A stretch of 64,000 nucleotides of DNA from Minisyncoccota bacterium (GCA_003487265.1 DNEP01000013.1:24618-88617); one strand, 5' to 3'; positions 26,021-36,379 are shown, counted from the first letter of the stretch. Notes: generated by a model from the sequence alone, not told the origin. A program made the numbers and translations.

Positions 26021-28860
26021 TATTGAAGAATCATTTTCTCTGTTCCCCGCACGATACTATTTACCTTTGCTTTTTGTTTGATTTCTTCTTCATACGCAAC
26101 CGGCCATTCAGGATACTGTATCTTCACCCAATCATTAAATGACACGCCTGCGTTTTTTCGCATCTGCTGAATATCTCGAATAATGCGTCGCACCTCTCCT
26201 TTTTCGATCAATTCGGGAGTCAAGTTCGTGTTGAGTTCCACATACATCTCTGCGTCGGTCTGAACCCACTCGATCTTTTCGATATTTGTTTCAGCTTTGA
26301 TCACATCAAGAATTTGCGGATTGTTACTCTCTGTCTTTGCCATGATTTTCACAGATGCCAATGGTTGTCGCAATGGAATTTGCGCCTCTTTTCGTTTTGC
26401 GTGCATGAGTTCCACAGCGAGTCGCACAGATTTCATTTCGGATTCAACCTGTTCATCACGTACTGACTCAGGACTGTTTGGCCATTCGGAAAGATGTACC
26501 GACAGTTCGTTATCAGTCAATCCAAGATAAATAACTTCTGCGGTTGCAGGACAAAATGGCGCAAACAGTTGCGCGTATACGCGCAAAACATATCGCAACA
26601 CCGCACTAGCTTGCTGTTTATCCTTACCATCAACTTTCATCCGATCACGACTTTCACGAACGTACCATGTTGAAAGATCATCAATAAACGAAATTAACAC
26701 TCGCGATCCTGCAACAACGTCGTATTGGTCCATCGCTTCTGTGACTTCCTGCACTAAATGGGCCGTTTTTGACAAAATCCATCGATCAAGTACATGTGCG
26801 TTTTGTAAATCGAACGTTTCAAGATTTAATTCCTCTGCGTGATCCCCATAAATATTCCAAAATGAGTACACATTCCACAAAATACCTAACACGCGACGGC
26901 GCATCTCATCCACCGACGCCTCACTAAAGTTCAAGTTTTCCCCATTCATCACGGGAGAGCTCATCAAATACAATCGAAGCGCATCCGCTCCGTGCTTGTT
27001 GATCACGGTCATAGGATCGGGGTAGTTTTTCTTTGATTTGCTCATCTTCGAGCCATCCTCGGCCAAAATCGTCCCCGTTGTGAGTGCATTTTGAAACGAT
27101 GGTTGATCGAAGAGGCCGACCGAAAGCACGTGGAGCGTGTAAAACCACGCGCGGGTTTGCGCAATATACTCAGAAATAAACTGTGCGGGGTAGCGACTCT
27201 CAAAAATCTCTTTTCGCTCAAACGGATAATGGAGCGATGCATAGGGCATACTTCCCGATTCAACCCAACAATCAAAGACTTCGGGGATACGAGAGCCTTG
27301 CTCTGTTTTTGCATCATCAACCCAAATTTTTATCTGATCCAAGTATTCGCGATGAATATCGGTGACGTGTTCTGTTTCTTGAGGATGAACTGCCCATGTT
27401 TTTAACTCCTCTATCGATCCAATGATGCGTTGTTTCCCCGTTTTTTCACCGATCCATACGGGCATCGGCGTTCCCCAATAGCGCGAACGCGAGATGTTCC
27501 AATCGGGAGCGGACTCAAGTCCTTTTTTAAATCGACCATATTTAAGATGCTCAGGATACCAATTCATTTTTTCGTTTTGCGCTATTAAGGCAGGTTTCAG
27601 TTTTTGAACATCGACAAACCACGCGGGAACTGGCGCGTCGTACAACCGCGTGTTACATCGATAACACACCGGCACGGCATGTGTGAGTTTCTCACTTGCA
27701 TACACCAATCCACGCTCGGTCAAATCAAGATTTACCGCTTCATTCGCTTCTTTGATCGACATCGAGGCGAACTTTCCGTAGTGCGCCTTCACACGCCCAA
27801 GCGCGTCGACGTGCTCAATCAATAAAATATTGTTTTTTCGCAACACGGGATAGTCTTCCTCACCATACACTGCCAAGGTCACGACGCCAGTACCTTCGGA
27901 ATCGCTCACGAAATCATCCGCAACAACAACCCCAACCTGCTCACCGTTTTGAGGGAGATCAAATGAATACTGCATCTCAAACTTCAAACCATGGAGGTCA
28001 GAGCCGCGTTTTTTCTCGAGAATTGTGTAAGGGCCTTGTTTTTCGAGCATTTCCAAACGTGACTCGGCCAGAATATATTTTTCCTCATTTTGTTCAGCAG
28101 TCACATAGGTTAGATTTGGATTCACCGCCAATGCGGGAGTCGCCAGTTTATTCCACGGGGTTGTGGACCATGCCAAAATATACGCTGATTCTGTTCCAAC
28201 AACTTTATACTTATAGGTCGTGGAGAAATCAGAATCTTGCACATATGAGTTGTCCATCGCTATTTCAAAGTTTGATAGAGGTGTCTCACATCGCGGACAG
28301 TACATGATCACTTTTTTGCCTTCGTATACAAATCCTTTTTTGTGCAGTTGCGCAAACGCCCACCACACCGATTCCATGTACGTCACATCCATCGTTTTAT
28401 ACGAGTTTTTAAAATCCACCCATCGTTCGATTCTACGAATGATTTTTTCCCATTCTTTGTCAAATCGTAAAATTGCGGATCGACACGCTGCGTTAAACTT
28501 GTCGATTCCTAGTTCCTCGATTCCTTTTTTTCCACCTTTCAATCCCAACTCTTTTTCGATCATGTTTTCGATCGGAATCCCGTGACAATCCCACCCCCAA
28601 ACCCGTTCGACACGGTAGCCCTTCATCGTCCAGTAACGCGGAATCACATCCTTGATCGTCGACGCCAACAAATGCCCATAATGGGGCATTCCCGTCGCAA
28701 AGGGAGGGCCGTCGTAGAACACGTAAGGCTTGTTCGATGGTCGCTGATCGATCGATTTTTGAAATACCCGTTCATCATCCCAATACTGCAACACACGTTC
28801 TTCCATTTCTGCGAAGTTTGGTGTTCCTTGTGCTTGATCAACAAAAGTTTTGTTCGACAT
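26020..28860 (-). CDS. ileS: Isoleucyl-tRNA synthetase (type 2, eukaryote-like)
   Basis: Class I HIGH box PHYGHLL and KMSKS box KMSKSKKN, plus the long editing insertion and 946 aa length. AAGGAG Shine-Dalgarno 5 nt before the ATG. Confidence 0.95.
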   Translation of the reverse strand: MSNKTFVDQAQGTPNFAEMEERVLQYWDDERVFQKSIDQRPSNKPYVFYDGPPFATGMPHYGHLLASTIKDVIPRYWTMKGYRVERVWGWDCHGIPIENMIEKELGLKGGKKGIEELGIDKFNAACRSAILRFDKEWEKIIRRIERWVDFKNSYKTMDVTYMESVWWAFAQLHKKGFVYEGKKVIMYCPRCETPLSNFEIAMDNSYVQDSDFSTTYKYKVVGTESAYILAWSTTPWNKLATPALAVNPNLTYVTAEQNEEKYILAESRLEMLEKQGPYTILEKKRGSDLHGLKFEMQYSFDLPQNGEQVGVVVADDFVSDSEGTGVVTLAVYGEEDYPVLRKNNILLIEHVDALGRVKAHYGKFASMSIKEANEAVNLDLTERGLVYASEKLTHAVPVCYRCNTRLYDAPVPAWFVDVQKLKPALIAQNEKMNWYPEHLKYGRFKKGLESAPDWNISRSRYWGTPMPVWIGEKTGKQRIIGSIEELKTWAVHPQETEHVTDIHREYLDQIKIWVDDAKTEQGSRIPEVFDCWVESGSMPYASLHYPFERKEIFESRYPAQFISEYIAQTRAWFYTLHVLSVGLFDQPSFQNALTTGTILAEDGSKMSKSKKNYPDPMTVINKHGADALRLYLMSSPVMNGENLNFSEASVDEMRRRVLGILWNVYSFWNIYGDHAEELNLETFDLQNAHVLDRWILSKTAHLVQEVTEAMDQYDVVAGSRVLISFIDDLSTWYVRESRDRMKVDGKDKQQASAVLRYVLRVYAQLFAPFCPATAEVIYLGLTDNELSVHLSEWPNSPESVRDEQVESEMKSVRLAVELMHAKRKEAQIPLRQPLASVKIMAKTESNNPQILDVIKAETNIEKIEWVQTDAEMYVELNTNLTPELIEKGEVRRIIRDIQQMRKNAGVSFNDWVKIQYPEWPVAYEEEIKQKAKVNSIVRGTEKMILQ

Positions 28861-29100
28861 GTTGCTCCTTTTTTACTTTGATTTCTGATTGTTTTCTGTA
28901 CGGTTTTCCTATAAAAAAACCACGCTCACACCCTCAAAAAGGACGTGTACACGTGGTACCACCTTGTATTCACTCGTTCCAGCTATTAGGGGCATACCCC
29001 GACCGGTCTAGTTCGCTCTCGCTCGACGCGAGGGCGTTTCTTCGGTCTGCTCGCCGTTGATAGAGGCTTATGCGCAGTTAAGGAAGTATAACAGACGTAG
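28861..29100 (-). promoter_or_regulatory. ileS 5' leader with a T-box-like motif (AAGGUGGUACCACG), a short hairpin plus U5, and a G-rich segment plus U7; candidate T-box/attenuator
   Basis: The minus-strand RNA reads ...GAAUACAAGGUGGUACCACGUGUACACGUCCUUUUUGAGGGUGUGAGCGUGGUUUUUUUAUAGG...AAGGAGCAACAUG. The 14-mer matches the T-box consensus AGGGUGGNACCGCG at 12 of 14 positions, and the upstream 130 nt has GC-rich hairpins (GGGGUAUGCCCC; CUCGCGUCGAGCGAG). The full Stem I and specifier loop could not be verified by eye. Confidence 0.25.
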
Positions 29101-29131
29101 TATAATTTGAACATTGTACAAAAAGGAGCAT

Positions 29132-29683
29132 ATGTCAACTTCCCAAGAAGTAACGCCAATTCCAGAACATCAGCAGGATTTTATTCATGAAATTCTTGAC
29201 TACAAACAAGGGGATCCTATTCCTAATGCAGTATCTCTCATACTTTCAATCGAGCTAATGAAATTTGAAAATCCAATATTGAAAAGCGGAAATAATTTAC
29301 GAATTTTTGTAAATACGATTTTCAACTTGATAAATTCATCAGAAGCAAATAGAAGATCCTTTGAGCTGTTATTTGCTACACTTCCTTTTCATGCCATAAC
29401 CGAATTAGATTGGGACTCTTGGAAATGGATTACCTCACATTTTCAAAAGCATCCAATCGATTTATTCTTTCTCATTGTCCATCGAGCAACCGAAAACGAG
29501 GTTTATCCCTCGCTATCAACGAGTCTTAGATATATTGAGTCCATTAATTTAGGAAGTGTATGGAAGAATATCCTTCTAAGCTATAAACAAAAAATGCCAA
29601 AAAAGTTCACCACCGCTTATTTAATTGAAATGAATGTTAATCGCGACTCACTTCCAATATATTTTAAAGATATGTTTGAATAG
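29132..29683 (+). CDS. Hypothetical protein (183 aa), AT-rich orphan
   Basis: ORF track 29114..29683 starts at TTG. The preferred ATG at 29132 follows AAGGAG, with a TATAAT box at 29101-29106 and TTAAGG 17 nt upstream. The CDS is ~33% GC. No motif recognised. Confidence 0.4.
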   Translation: MSTSQEVTPIPEHQQDFIHEILDYKQGDPIPNAVSLILSIELMKFENPILKSGNNLRIFVNTIFNLINSSEANRRSFELLFATLPFHAITELDWDSWKWITSHFQKHPIDLFFLIVHRATENEVYPSLSTSLRYIESINLGSVWKNILLSYKQKMPKKFTTAYLIEMNVNRDSLPIYFKDMFE

Positions 29684-29689
29684 GAAACT

Positions 29690-31006
29690 CTATTTCCCCC
29701 TCTGCCTCAAAAACGCGGGAACATCAAAATCATCATCAAGCGCACTGGATTGTGAAGTCGGAGTATTTAACATTGAGTTTGAAGGAGTTGTCATTTGTTG
29801 CCCACCTTGAACTTGTGGTTGAGCTCCTGTTTGAACACCCTGCGATCCTCTGAGTTGCGTATTCGGTTGCATGTTCGTTTGAGCGTACTGATTGAATGGC
29901 ATTGTTGTTTGGCCACCAACCTGCCCACCTTGAACTTGTGACTGCTGTTGAGGTTGTGCACCCGTAGTGAATTGTTGATGCGAAACAGCCTGTCTCGCAG
30001 ATGCGTCGTACGCGCCGAACGAAGGGCGTCGATGACCACCGCGTATCTTCATCTCATCGAAACCCGTCGCAATCACACTAATCTTGATTGTGTTTCCAAG
30101 ATCTCTATCGATTGTTGCACCAAAAATAATGTTCGCATCGGAATCAGCAACAGAACTAATGATTTGCGAGGCTTCTGCAACTTCGGGCAAGGTAAGATCT
30201 TCACCACCGGTAATCGTGTACAAAATTCCATGCGCTCCCTCGATCGAAACGTCCAACAACGGCGAGGAAATAGCCGATCGAGCAGCGTTTACCGCACGAT
30301 TTTCACCAGAAGCCGTGCCGATTCCCATAATCGCGCTTCCGGACTCTGCCATGACCTTTCTCACATCAGCAAAATCAACATTCACCAATCCAGGAACTGT
30401 AATCAAATCGGAAATCGCCTGCACACCTTGACCCAACACATTATCAGCCAACTTAAATGCGTCGATCAAAGTCATTTTTCGATCAACAACATCGAGCAAT
30501 CGTTGATTCGGGATCACAATGAGCGCATCAACTTTATCTTTTAAGGACTCGATTCCTTCTTCCGCCGTGCGTGATCTCCGACTTCCCTCAAACAAAAATG
30601 GTTTTGTGACAATCGCCACGGTGAGCGCACCCGCTTCTTTTGCGAGTTCCGCAACAATCGATGAAGCGCCTGTCCCCGTACCGCCACCCATTCCCGCAGT
30701 AATAAAAACCATATCCGTGTCAAACACCAGCTCTTTTAATTTTTCGCGAGATTCTTCCGCAGCCTGATGCCCAACCTCGGGATCCGCTCCGGAACCGAGT
30801 CCTTTGGTATAGTTCATTCCAATTTGAATTTTTGTGTCCGCTTTATTTGAAAGAAGTGCTTGCGCGTCGGTGTTCACCGCAACAAACTCAACGCCACTGA
30901 TCAATTTTGAATCGACCATCGAGTTTACGGCATTCCCACCACCACCACCAACACCAATCACTTTAATTTTTGCAAATGTATTATTTGACGGTTTTACAAA
31001 AGCCAT
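29690..31006 (-). CDS. ftsZ: Cell division GTPase FtsZ with long Q/G-rich C-terminal linker and conserved C-terminal peptide
   Basis: GGGTGTG signature within [13 protein letters not shown], and N-terminus [15 protein letters not shown] ~100-aa low-complexity linker ([16 protein letters not shown]...) is followed by the C-terminal [15 protein letters not shown]. Confidence 0.95.
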   Translation of the reverse strand: MAFVKPSNNTFAKIKVIGVGGGGGNAVNSMVDSKLISGVEFVAVNTDAQALLSNKADTKIQIGMNYTKGLGSGADPEVGHQAAEESREKLKELVFDTDMVFITAGMGGGTGTGASSIVAELAKEAGALTVAIVTKPFLFEGSRRSRTAEEGIESLKDKVDALIVIPNQRLLDVVDRKMTLIDAFKLADNVLGQGVQAISDLITVPGLVNVDFADVRKVMAESGSAIMGIGTASGENRAVNAARSAISSPLLDVSIEGAHGILYTITGGEDLTLPEVAEASQIISSVADSDANIIFGATIDRDLGNTIKISVIATGFDEMKIRGGHRRPSFGAYDASARQAVSHQQFTTGAQPQQQSQVQGGQVGGQTTMPFNQYAQTNMQPNTQLRGSQGVQTGAQPQVQGGQQMTTPSNSMLNTPTSQSSALDDDFDVPAFLRQRGK

Positions 31007-31117
31007 ACAACCCCTTTATTCTGGGCAAGAATGCATACGCAGGGCAGAGAATATGAGCAGATCATACGGCACAAACACATTCAGATCAAGAATCAGATTC
31101 ATGCGCATGTCTCGTTT

Positions 31118-32428
31118 TTATGGAAGTAAGGATCGAATAAATTGAATAATTTTTTTCGGCACACCCGTCACAATTGAAAAATCAAACTTCACACCTTCAA
31201 AAGGAGATGAAGGTTGTGTGTTCGAAAACGATTCATGTGTTGCGTATAACAACAATCCCACCGCCGTTGAAAATCCCGTCGCGTCAACTTCTTCACTCAG
31301 TCCTTGCAAACGCAACGGTCGAGCAACACGCGCCGGCAACTCCAGCATCTTTTTACACATCTCCATCATGCCGATTGTTTCTGCGCCACCGCCCGAAATC
31401 ACGACACCCGCAGGCACAAGAGGAAACAGGTGATGTTTCTCCAACTCTTCACCAACAATGCGAAACATTTCTTCTAATCGAGGTTCAATGATCCCTTCAA
31501 CCACATTTTTACGAGAAAGTGCACCGAAAACATCTGGAAGACCCAAACCATCAACATTCAACTGATCCTCTCGTTTTTTTCGCTCGCGCATTTGATCGCG
31601 AGTTTCCCCTTCCGCGGGCGGAATTGTGATATACCCCTGCTTTGAAAGAAGAATTTTTATTGCCTCCGCAGAGTTCAAACTGATGCGCAATCCCAATGCA
31701 ATATCTGACGAAATGTGTCGCGCGCCAATCGGTAACACCGTGCTGTGCGCTAGCGCGCCATCAACATACACACACAAAGAACTCGAACCACTTCCAATAT
31801 CAAGCATCACAACTCCCAATTCACGTTCGGTATCGGTCAACACCGCATACGAACTGGCGAGTCCGCTAAACACAAATGCCTGCGTTGAAACACCGGATTC
31901 GTCTAAACACTTTTCAATATTTTTAATTGCCGTTGATGAACCTGTAATTAAATGCGCCTCCGCTTCCAGCCGCACTCCCGACATTCCCACGGGATCCTTG
32001 ATCCCATCCTGAGAATCAACTTTGTACTCACGTGGAATAACATGAATGATTTCTCTAGCAGTTGGAATTGAAACCGCGCGCGCAGCCTCAATCACACGAT
32101 CAACATCCTCCTGACTTATCTCTCCTTTGGGATTGGCAATGGCAACCACACCCTTTGAGTTTTGAGATTGCACATGCGAACCACCCACGCTTGCAAGAAC
32201 CGTCTTCACGCCGAAACCCGCCATACGTTCTGCGGTATCGAGAGATTCCGTAATCGCGGAGATTGCTTCATCTAAATCAACAATTTGACTTTTTTTCATT
32301 CCTTTTGCAGGGACAGATGAAGCGCCAACAATACGAATTTCGTCTGGAGATGCACCAACTTGCGCGATAAGCGTACTCACTTTGTCGGTACCAATATCCA
32401 CCGCTGTAATTGTTTTTGTTCGTTGCAT
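31118..32428 (-). CDS. ftsA: Cell division protein FtsA (actin-like ATPase)
   Basis: ITAVDIGTDKVSTLIAQ and the phosphate-1 motif. It sits immediately upstream of ftsZ. Confidence 0.9.
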   Translation of the reverse strand: MQRTKTITAVDIGTDKVSTLIAQVGASPDEIRIVGASSVPAKGMKKSQIVDLDEAISAITESLDTAERMAGFGVKTVLASVGGSHVQSQNSKGVVAIANPKGEISQEDVDRVIEAARAVSIPTAREIIHVIPREYKVDSQDGIKDPVGMSGVRLEAEAHLITGSSTAIKNIEKCLDESGVSTQAFVFSGLASSYAVLTDTERELGVVMLDIGSGSSSLCVYVDGALAHSTVLPIGARHISSDIALGLRISLNSAEAIKILLSKQGYITIPPAEGETRDQMRERKKREDQLNVDGLGLPDVFGALSRKNVVEGIIEPRLEEMFRIVGEELEKHHLFPLVPAGVVISGGGAETIGMMEMCKKMLELPARVARPLRLQGLSEEVDATGFSTAVGLLLYATHESFSNTQPSSPFEGVKFDFSIVTGVPKKIIQFIRSLLP

Positions 32429-32432
32429 ATCC

Positions 32433-33176
32433 TTACCGCTCCCGTACTACAGGACGTTGAAATCGAAGATCAATCGCCTTATGTGTAAGATCCATTGTAT
32501 CCGCTTTTAAAATCTCTTGTAAAGTGAGAAGCTGTGACTCAAATTGATCCTCACTTGTAATCCATTGTACATCGCGATAGGAAAAATGAACTTCATCGAA
32601 TGAAATGATTCGTATCTCGGCAGGAAAAAGGTTTGGACGATACAGCGTTGTCAGTAATAAATGCATGATATTTGCCACACGATTCAACTCACTTTTTTCT
32701 TTTGGAATCGCATCAGAAAGTTTAATCACGATAATTTCTGGAGATTTTTCTGCTGATTCCAAGTTTTTGAGATTACCCTCTGCGTCGATTAACGCAGTTT
32801 GTCCCGAATCTGTTTCAATATAAAATGCGTTTCTGTTTGTCTCGTACGCAATGTCCAAAACGCCAAACAGTGAAATCTGTTTTGAAACCAATCGAATATG
32901 CGGAAAAACATGTTCAATTTTTGAAAATGACTCTGAAAGTTTTGAAGATCGATAAGAACCTCCCGCCAATTGTTCAAGTTTTAATCGAATAACATCGTCG
33001 CAAGGACCACTATCAAGCGAACACCGAACTTCACGAATCGGACGAAGATATGCATACACACCAGCACAACCCACCAAAAACACAAACAAAAGCATCACAA
33101 AAACTTTTTTACGCGAGCTTTTCGTTTTTCTTGAGAACATCCTCACATAATCGCACAAGTCGTGCCGATCCATCAA
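32433..33176 (-). CDS. ftsQ: Cell division protein FtsQ/DivIB-like (single TM plus POTRA-like periplasmic domain)
   Basis: Position between murG and ftsA, N-terminal TM VFVMLLFVFLVGCAGVYAYL and a beta-rich C-terminus. The start may be the internal M (33140), and the 5' end overlaps the murG 3' end. Confidence 0.5.
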   Translation of the reverse strand: MMDRHDLCDYVRMFSRKTKSSRKKVFVMLLFVFLVGCAGVYAYLRPIREVRCSLDSGPCDDVIRLKLEQLAGGSYRSSKLSESFSKIEHVFPHIRLVSKQISLFGVLDIAYETNRNAFYIETDSGQTALIDAEGNLKNLESAEKSPEIIVIKLSDAIPKEKSELNRVANIMHLLLTTLYRPNLFPAEIRIISFDEVHFSYRDVQWITSEDQFESQLLTLQEILKADTMDLTHKAIDLRFQRPVVRER

Positions 33177-34248
33177 GGATTGATCGTCGTTTCAATCTTG
33201 AAACTGCGAGCTTCATTTTCTTCTGTGTGCGAAGCACTGTTTCGAGCGCTCCCCACAAACTCTCTTTGTTCAATTTTTTCTGTGTGATGATCATCGCACC
33301 ACCGGCCTCTTCGATATACTGCGCGTTTTTCACTTGTTCATTGTCATGTGAGAAAGGAAGCGGAATAAAGATTGCGGGAACCTCGGATAGCAATATTTCT
33401 TGCACGGTGTTTGCACCCGATCGCGCAATCACAACATCCGCGTGTTCAAACATCCACGCAACATCAACCTCGTCAATCCACTCCCGAATAATCACTCTTT
33501 TTTGATTCACTTTTGGAAGTTTGTCGCGCAACACTTCGAGTTCTGTTGCGTATTTGGATTCATGCGCCGATCCACACTGATGCACAACGTAACATTCTCC
33601 AGACAGTTTTCGAATGATTTCTCCAACCGTTTTGTTTAACACATACGAACCTTGACTTCCGCCTGTAATAAACACAAGCGGCTTTGTGAGTGAGGGAAAC
33701 ATCCAATCTGGCCGAACAGTGGAAGGTTGGAGAAACGCGGGACGCACGGGATTTCCCGTGATCACCGTTTTACCTTTTGGAAAATGTTTTACTGAATCTT
33801 CATGAGACACCGCGACTTTGGTTGCAAGATGTGCAATGATCCTGTTTGCCAATCCCGCTGTTCGGGTTTGCTCATGTGTGATGATTGGAATACCAAGTAT
33901 TTTCGCAGAAACCGCAACTGGAAACGCCACGTACCCACCGAAAGAAACGAAAATATCGGGACGATGATCTTTTAAAATGTGATACGACTGCACAATAGAA
34001 GGAAATAATCGAAAAAACTCACCAAAATTTTTCCAAAAATACGTCCGATGAAACTTGGATGCCAAGATTGGATAAAAAGGTATTCCCAAGGATTCCACAA
34101 TTTGCTTTTCCTTCGAAACCATTTTTTCTTTTTCTTGTGCGAATGTGCGACCAATAAAAAAGAAAAACGCGTTCACATTTTCTTGACGAAACGCGTGAAT
34201 AAACGCAAGCGCCGGAGTTAAATGTCCACCTGTAACAGCTATTTTCAT
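33109..34248 (-). CDS. murG: UDP-GlcNAc:undecaprenyl-PP-MurNAc-pentapeptide GlcNAc transferase
   Basis: ORF track 33109..34401, trimmed to MKIAVTGGHLTPALAF (ATGA overlap with the ftsW stop). Carries the GT28 N-terminal GGH motif and a C-terminal GT-B domain. Confidence 0.9.
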   Translation of the reverse strand: MKIAVTGGHLTPALAFIHAFRQENVNAFFFFIGRTFAQEKEKMVSKEKQIVESLGIPFYPILASKFHRTYFWKNFGEFFRLFPSIVQSYHILKDHRPDIFVSFGGYVAFPVAVSAKILGIPIITHEQTRTAGLANRIIAHLATKVAVSHEDSVKHFPKGKTVITGNPVRPAFLQPSTVRPDWMFPSLTKPLVFITGGSQGSYVLNKTVGEIIRKLSGECYVVHQCGSAHESKYATELEVLRDKLPKVNQKRVIIREWIDEVDVAWMFEHADVVIARSGANTVQEILLSEVPAIFIPLPFSHDNEQVKNAQYIEEAGGAMIITQKKLNKESLWGALETVLRTQKKMKLAVSRLKRRSILDGSARLVRLCEDVLKKNEKLA

Positions 34249-35303
34249 ATCTTTCTTCCCATCCCCACCAGTATACCGCTCATTGCAAGTAGGATAACTA
34301 AAGACGACCCCCCATACGAAATAAACGGAAGTGGAACGCCAGTCAAGGGGACTAGCGCAACAACCGAAGCAAGATTCACCATCGTTTGACTCGCAATCCA
34401 CGCAACAATCCCAGAGGCCATAAGTTGTTCATATCCTGAATGTTGTGATCTAGCAATCACGAATCCCATGTGGATAAGAATTGCGAAAAGGGCAAAAATC
34501 AACAATCCACCCATAAGGCCGATCTCTTCCGCAATAATCGCATAAATGGAGTCCGTGCTCGCTTCGGGGATGTACTGAAATCGCTGACGCGACTGCCCAA
34601 TTCCCTGTCCAAACCATGCCCCCCTACCCAACGCAATGGTAATTTGCCGAATTTGATACGAACGACCGAGAGGATCCGAATCTGGATCAAGAAAGGTTCG
34701 AATTCTATTTCGTCGAAAGGGAGAAAAGATGATTACCAGTGCGACCGCCAGCACGCCGAGTCCCGCAAAATACGCAAGATGGCGCCATCTCCCTCCAGCG
34801 GTAATGTACATCGTCGTCCCGATAGATCCCACGATAAGCGCGCTCCCCAAATCGGGCTGGAGCATAATCAGCCCGAAAAAAATGGCCATCAAGAAAAAAA
34901 ACGGTCGAGCGCGTTGATGCCGAGACAGCCAATGTGAAAAAAAGAAAATCATACTTGCTTTCAACACCTCAACCGGTTGAAATCGCAACAACCCAATTCC
35001 GATCCATCGTCGCGCCCCCTGAACTTCCATCCCAATACCAGGAATTAACACCAGCACCATAAAAATCATAGAAATTGGAAAAAGCACATACGCACCTACA
35101 CGAATAACTTGAAGTGGAATGCGCGAACTGATAAAAAAGATGAGAAGTCCGATGCTAAGCCAAATCGACTGCATCTTCACAAATTTCCACCTATTTCCGA
35201 ACTCGGTAAACGCTTCCGCCATGCTCGCTTCAAAAACAAAAAATAATCCAATGAGACACAACATCATCATGACTGCAAAAAATATCCGAGATGGATGTTT
35301 CAT
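34245..35303 (-). CDS. ftsW: SEDS-family peptidoglycan glycosyltransferase FtsW (FtsW/RodA/SpoVE)
   Basis: 10-TM protein with segments GAYVLFPISMIFMVLVLIPGIGMEVQGARRWIGIG and PEASTDSIYAIIAEEIGLMG, in the dcw position between mraY and murG. Confidence 0.85.
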   Translation of the reverse strand: MKHPSRIFFAVMMMLCLIGLFFVFEASMAEAFTEFGNRWKFVKMQSIWLSIGLLIFFISSRIPLQVIRVGAYVLFPISMIFMVLVLIPGIGMEVQGARRWIGIGLLRFQPVEVLKASMIFFFSHWLSRHQRARPFFFLMAIFFGLIMLQPDLGSALIVGSIGTTMYITAGGRWRHLAYFAGLGVLAVALVIIFSPFRRNRIRTFLDPDSDPLGRSYQIRQITIALGRGAWFGQGIGQSRQRFQYIPEASTDSIYAIIAEEIGLMGGLLIFALFAILIHMGFVIARSQHSGYEQLMASGIVAWIASQTMVNLASVVALVPLTGVPLPFISYGGSSLVILLAMSGILVGMGRKI

Positions 35304-35310
35304 ACGGTAC

Positions 35311-36342
35311 TCACATTAAGTCGATCCACAATCCAAAAAGAGTAAGAACGAGTCCTGTTAAAAAGGCCCGCTGAACAATTTTTGGTTCAGGCCATCCAAT
35401 GTACTGTAACCAAATATGAAATGGTGCCACAGGGAAAAGTTTTCGTTTCAAAAACCGTTTGGACAACAACTGCGCAAGACTAGAAGAAATTTCGAGAATG
35501 AATATTCCGCCAATCACCACGAGCGCGATCACCTTTCCCAGTAACAATCCCACAACAGCTAAAGTTGCGCCAAAGGAGAGCGAACCAACATCGCCCATCA
35601 TTAGACGTGCGGGGAAAATATTAAAGTATAAAAATGCGATCAAAGAACCAATCCAAAGAGCCAAGAAAAGGGCAATTGGAGTATCCACGATCGACGCAGA
35701 CAGAATCCACAATCCGAATAAACACACAAGCAACACGCTTCCCGCAAGTCCGTCGAGACCATCGGTAATATTCATGGCATTCGTAAAAGCAATAATAACA
35801 AACATTGAAAACGGTACCATGAGCCACCCAAGTTGAATAACACCAACAAACGGAAGATTTAACATGGTAATTCCAAGTCCAAAGACAAGTTGAAGAGAAA
35901 TAATCAATGCAAGAATACATTGAATAAGTAATTTTTGAGACATGCGCAGTCCAAAAAATCCCGTTTTCTCAAATCCAAAAAACTTTTTTGTATCGTCATA
36001 CAGTCCGAGCAGTCCGAAAGAAATGAAGGTAAAAAACAGCACGTTCAACTCACCTTGAAGGGGATACACAACCGTAATTGGAACACCCAATAGTCGGAGA
36101 ACGGGAAAAATAAGTGCAAACATCACACTCACCACTACCATCAATAAAAGACCGCCACCAATCGGTGTGCCGGTTTTATTTTTATGTAATTTATCAAAAA
36201 TCGGAGTCTTCGAACCAAAAGCATCTTTTGATTTTTCATTTTTTCGTTGAAAACGGAGAGAGTACAAAAGATCAATGAACGGAACAATTGAAACACCCGT
36301 CACAATGAAAGAAAATAGTAATACTCCAAGAGCCATAACCAT
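35311..36342 (-). CDS. mraY: Phospho-MurNAc-pentapeptide translocase
   Basis: ORF track 35311..36453, trimmed to MVMALGV. MraY signature NAMNITDGLDGLA, plus DVGSLSFGATL. Confidence 0.9.
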   Translation of the reverse strand: MVMALGVLLFSFIVTGVSIVPFIDLLYSLRFQRKNEKSKDAFGSKTPIFDKLHKNKTGTPIGGGLLLMVVVSVMFALIFPVLRLLGVPITVVYPLQGELNVLFFTFISFGLLGLYDDTKKFFGFEKTGFFGLRMSQKLLIQCILALIISLQLVFGLGITMLNLPFVGVIQLGWLMVPFSMFVIIAFTNAMNITDGLDGLAGSVLLVCLFGLWILSASIVDTPIALFLALWIGSLIAFLYFNIFPARLMMGDVGSLSFGATLAVVGLLLGKVIALVVIGGIFILEISSSLAQLLSKRFLKRKLFPVAPFHIWLQYIGWPEPKIVQRAFLTGLVLTLFGLWIDLM

Positions 36343-36379
36343 ACGTGTCCTTTCAGGATACCTCAATGCAGAGGAGAGT

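Noticed and set aside
28861-29100. Calling a definite T-box riboswitch
   Set aside because: Only the T-box core-like 14-mer and U-tracts are visible. The terminator hairpin is weak and Stem I and the specifier could not be traced, so it is kept as a low-confidence candidate only.
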